NCBI GenBank assembly: GCA_040954595.2
Contig: CM082598.2
Coordinates: forward strand, 5,843,097-5,907,096
Direction: 5' to 3'
Length of the DNA: 64,000 nucleotides
Origin: Balanoglossus misakiensis
Taxonomy: Eukaryota > Animalia > Hemichordata
In this document: piece by piece, positions 61,856-64,000 of the stretch
Numbering within the stretch: position 1 is the first letter of the stretch
Layout: each line of letters starts with the position of its first letter
The notes under the pieces: model-generated
The model's database searches: none
What the model was told of the DNA's origin: nothing
The model's input: only the letters and a program-made list of their open reading frames with translations
Translations under genes and position numbers: made by a program

Positions 61856-63243
61856 CAATCGCGCAGTGGTGAAAAGGCTTTCAGACAACAATACGGTCAA
61901 CTAAGGTCACTCCTTACAACTAAAGTACCCTTCATTACGCTGACTGCAACCGCATCAGTCGAGACAAGACAAGTAATCATCCAAGACCTGTGCATGCAGG
62001 GATGTGAACCAATCCTGGAAAACACCAACAAACAGAACATTAGGTACAGTGTCATCCGTACAGACAGTGACCTAGAGACACTATTCAAGTGGTTGCTTGA
62101 TGAACTGAAACTAAAACAGAAGGAAACCCCTCGTGTAATCATTTTTTGCCGGCGTAGACGACATTGTGCTGAATTGTTTGAACTTTTCTCCTTGAGACTT
62201 GCACACAGTGCTTACCATAATTACAATGCCAGCTGCCACAATGATGATCACAACCGTTACTTTGCGATGTTTCATTCCAAAACTGATGAGGTAATCAAAG
62301 AATCAATAATATCATCGTTTCAAGACCCAGAAGGGGTAGTAAGGGTGGTTTTCACAACATCTGCCTTTAGCATGGGGATGGATTTGAAGAATATTTCTCA
62401 AGTTATCCATTTTGGACCATCAAATGATGCTGATGATTATATACAAGAGACTGGTAGGGTTGGTAGGGACAGTAATGTACAGAGTAGTGCTGTTTTATTA
62501 TTGTATAAAGGTTGGATGAGGAGCAACAATATTGACAAATCTATGAGAGATTACTCAAATAACTGTGCAAAATGTCGTCGTAAAGTCCTACTTTAAGAAG
62601 ATCCACAATCTCTTGTTGTTTCACATGCTTGTTGTGACATTTGCAGTAAATCATGTAGGTGTATGTGTCCTTGTGAAGATGTTGAATTTTGTCATTGCTC
62701 TATTGTCTGTGTTTCTTCAGATATGTACATGTCAAAAGCTGAACGAGAGTTGCGAGCCTTGTCAGAAAGACAAATGCAAGACAGGGAACATTTCAAACAG
62801 TTGAGTGTGAAGCATAACGTATAACAACAACAAAGGTCAATTTTTCATACTGAGCTGAATGATTACAGAGATAGTTTGCTGATAGAGATCGATGGGAATT
62901 GCATAGTAACAGCAGATTTTGCTACTGGGTTTTCCTCTGCCCTTGTTCATGACCTTGTAAAATATTGTCAGTATATTGACAGTAAGGAAATGTTAGAGAA
63001 ACATTTTCCTTTTTTTCTTGTGAACATGTTTCTTATGTATGGGATTTATTCTGTGAAATACTTGACAGTAGTTCTCTTGAGTCTCAAAATTTTGATGATT
63101 GTATTAACGATATATGTATAGAAGATAATCTGACTAATTTATCTGTAGATGAGGATGTTATTGATAGTGATGATGAAGATCTGGTGTTTGCTTACAGGTC
63201 TAGGTGTCCTCAGATTGTTAGCGACTCTGAAGATGAATATTAA
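61856..63243 (+). pseudogene. Disrupted RecQ-like SF2 helicase (motifs III-VI, Zn-binding RQC-like region, acidic tail); probably an AcademH transposon gene
   Basis: GEKAFRQQYGQLRSLL..PFITLTATAS (motif III), RVIIFCR, MFHS, VRVVFTTSAFSMGMD, VIHFGPS..DYIQETGRVGRD (motif VI), C..CRRKVLL*..CCDIC, GFS..V..L....I.S, then EDVIDSDDED..SDSEDEY*. In-frame stops at 62594-62596 and ~62822 and a frameshift near 63015. Motifs I-II are absent, with a MITE immediately upstream. Confidence 0.85.
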
Positions 63244-64000
63244 AAGATATTTATTGCTTGACAGCAAGACAATTTCTACTCTGGTTTGTCTTTTATTTAT
63301 TATCACTATTATAATAAGCTCAGCTGTTGGCCAACAATTAAGGTATGGAATCATGAAAACAGTTTCAGATATTTTATAAAAATATGAAATGTAATTATAT
63401 GGTGGCCAAACTTTATCATGTAAATCTATTTTATAATACAGGTATCAGTGTTCTCAGGAATATCTGGCGAAGTGGCGGCTAATTTATATAACAATATGGG
63501 TGTCGCTCTGTAATTGCTCTGTGGAGAACAATGGAATGTACACATAAACCTCATTTCCTCCTCCTACTCCCAAGCACGCATAAAACTCAAGTCCACACAC
63601 AGATGTTGGATTTACATTGGGGGTAAACTTTAATATATCACATGGACCGTAGTCCCTAACACTATGAACACTATGAACCCCCCTTCCCCTGCAATATGTT
63701 AAAGCAGGCCTGCCAATCACTAAAAATTTACATTAAATTACATTAGCTATACTTTTTTATAATTGTAAATACAATGAGATGTGATAGACATAAACTGCAA
63801 TACAAACAATGCTTTGATAAATAAACACACAAACAGAAATATGCAAATATATGCTGGTTTTGAAGTTTTTATGCTTCCAGCAATAAATTTGCAGCTGCTA
63901 TGAAGTAACCCACAATTCCCCATTTCAATCATTAATACTCCTGCTTCAGTGTCACTTTCCGTTCAGTGTCACTTTCCTATCTCTTCAGTAGAAATGCTTT

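Noticed and set aside
61856-63243. Functional host RecQ (BLM/WRN/RECQL)
   Set aside because: Motifs I-II are missing, there are in-frame stops and a frameshift, and no HRDC or winged-helix region is recognisable; the context is transposon-like.

Overview
Eukaryotic (metazoan, probably marine invertebrate; inference from gene and repeat content) genomic DNA with GT-AG spliceosomal introns and very dense MITEs. Spliced genes reconstructed by hand: (1) a minus-strand type II membrane short-chain-collagen-C4-like gene running off the left edge; (2) a complete 14-exon SLC5 sodium/solute cotransporter most like SMIT1/SLC5A3 (7506-28312, ~785 aa); (3) a 3-exon death-effector-domain + coiled-coil gene (35942-38982, ~316 aa); (4) a four-member cluster of CMBL/dienelactone-hydrolase genes (40299-50836), three of them with an unusual N-terminal signal anchor. 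The cluster has one 3' fragment, two insertion-disrupted copies with a Cys-to-Asp nucleophile change lying in a 3706-bp tandem duplication, and one intact copy. The right end holds a decayed non-LTR retrotransposon (52241-54826) and a disrupted RecQ-like helicase (61856-63243) of the kind carried by AcademH transposons, with matching TAG..CTA non-autonomous elements and 8-9-bp TSDs elsewhere in the window. Other repeats include TTAA-targeting Kolobok-like MITEs, P-like, Harbinger-like, Sola1-like and pogo-like MITEs, a MITE with inverted telomeric repeats, and short elements whose interior is the complement of their own circular junction. No rRNA, tRNA or CRISPR is evident. All homology calls are from recalled motifs, not database searches.
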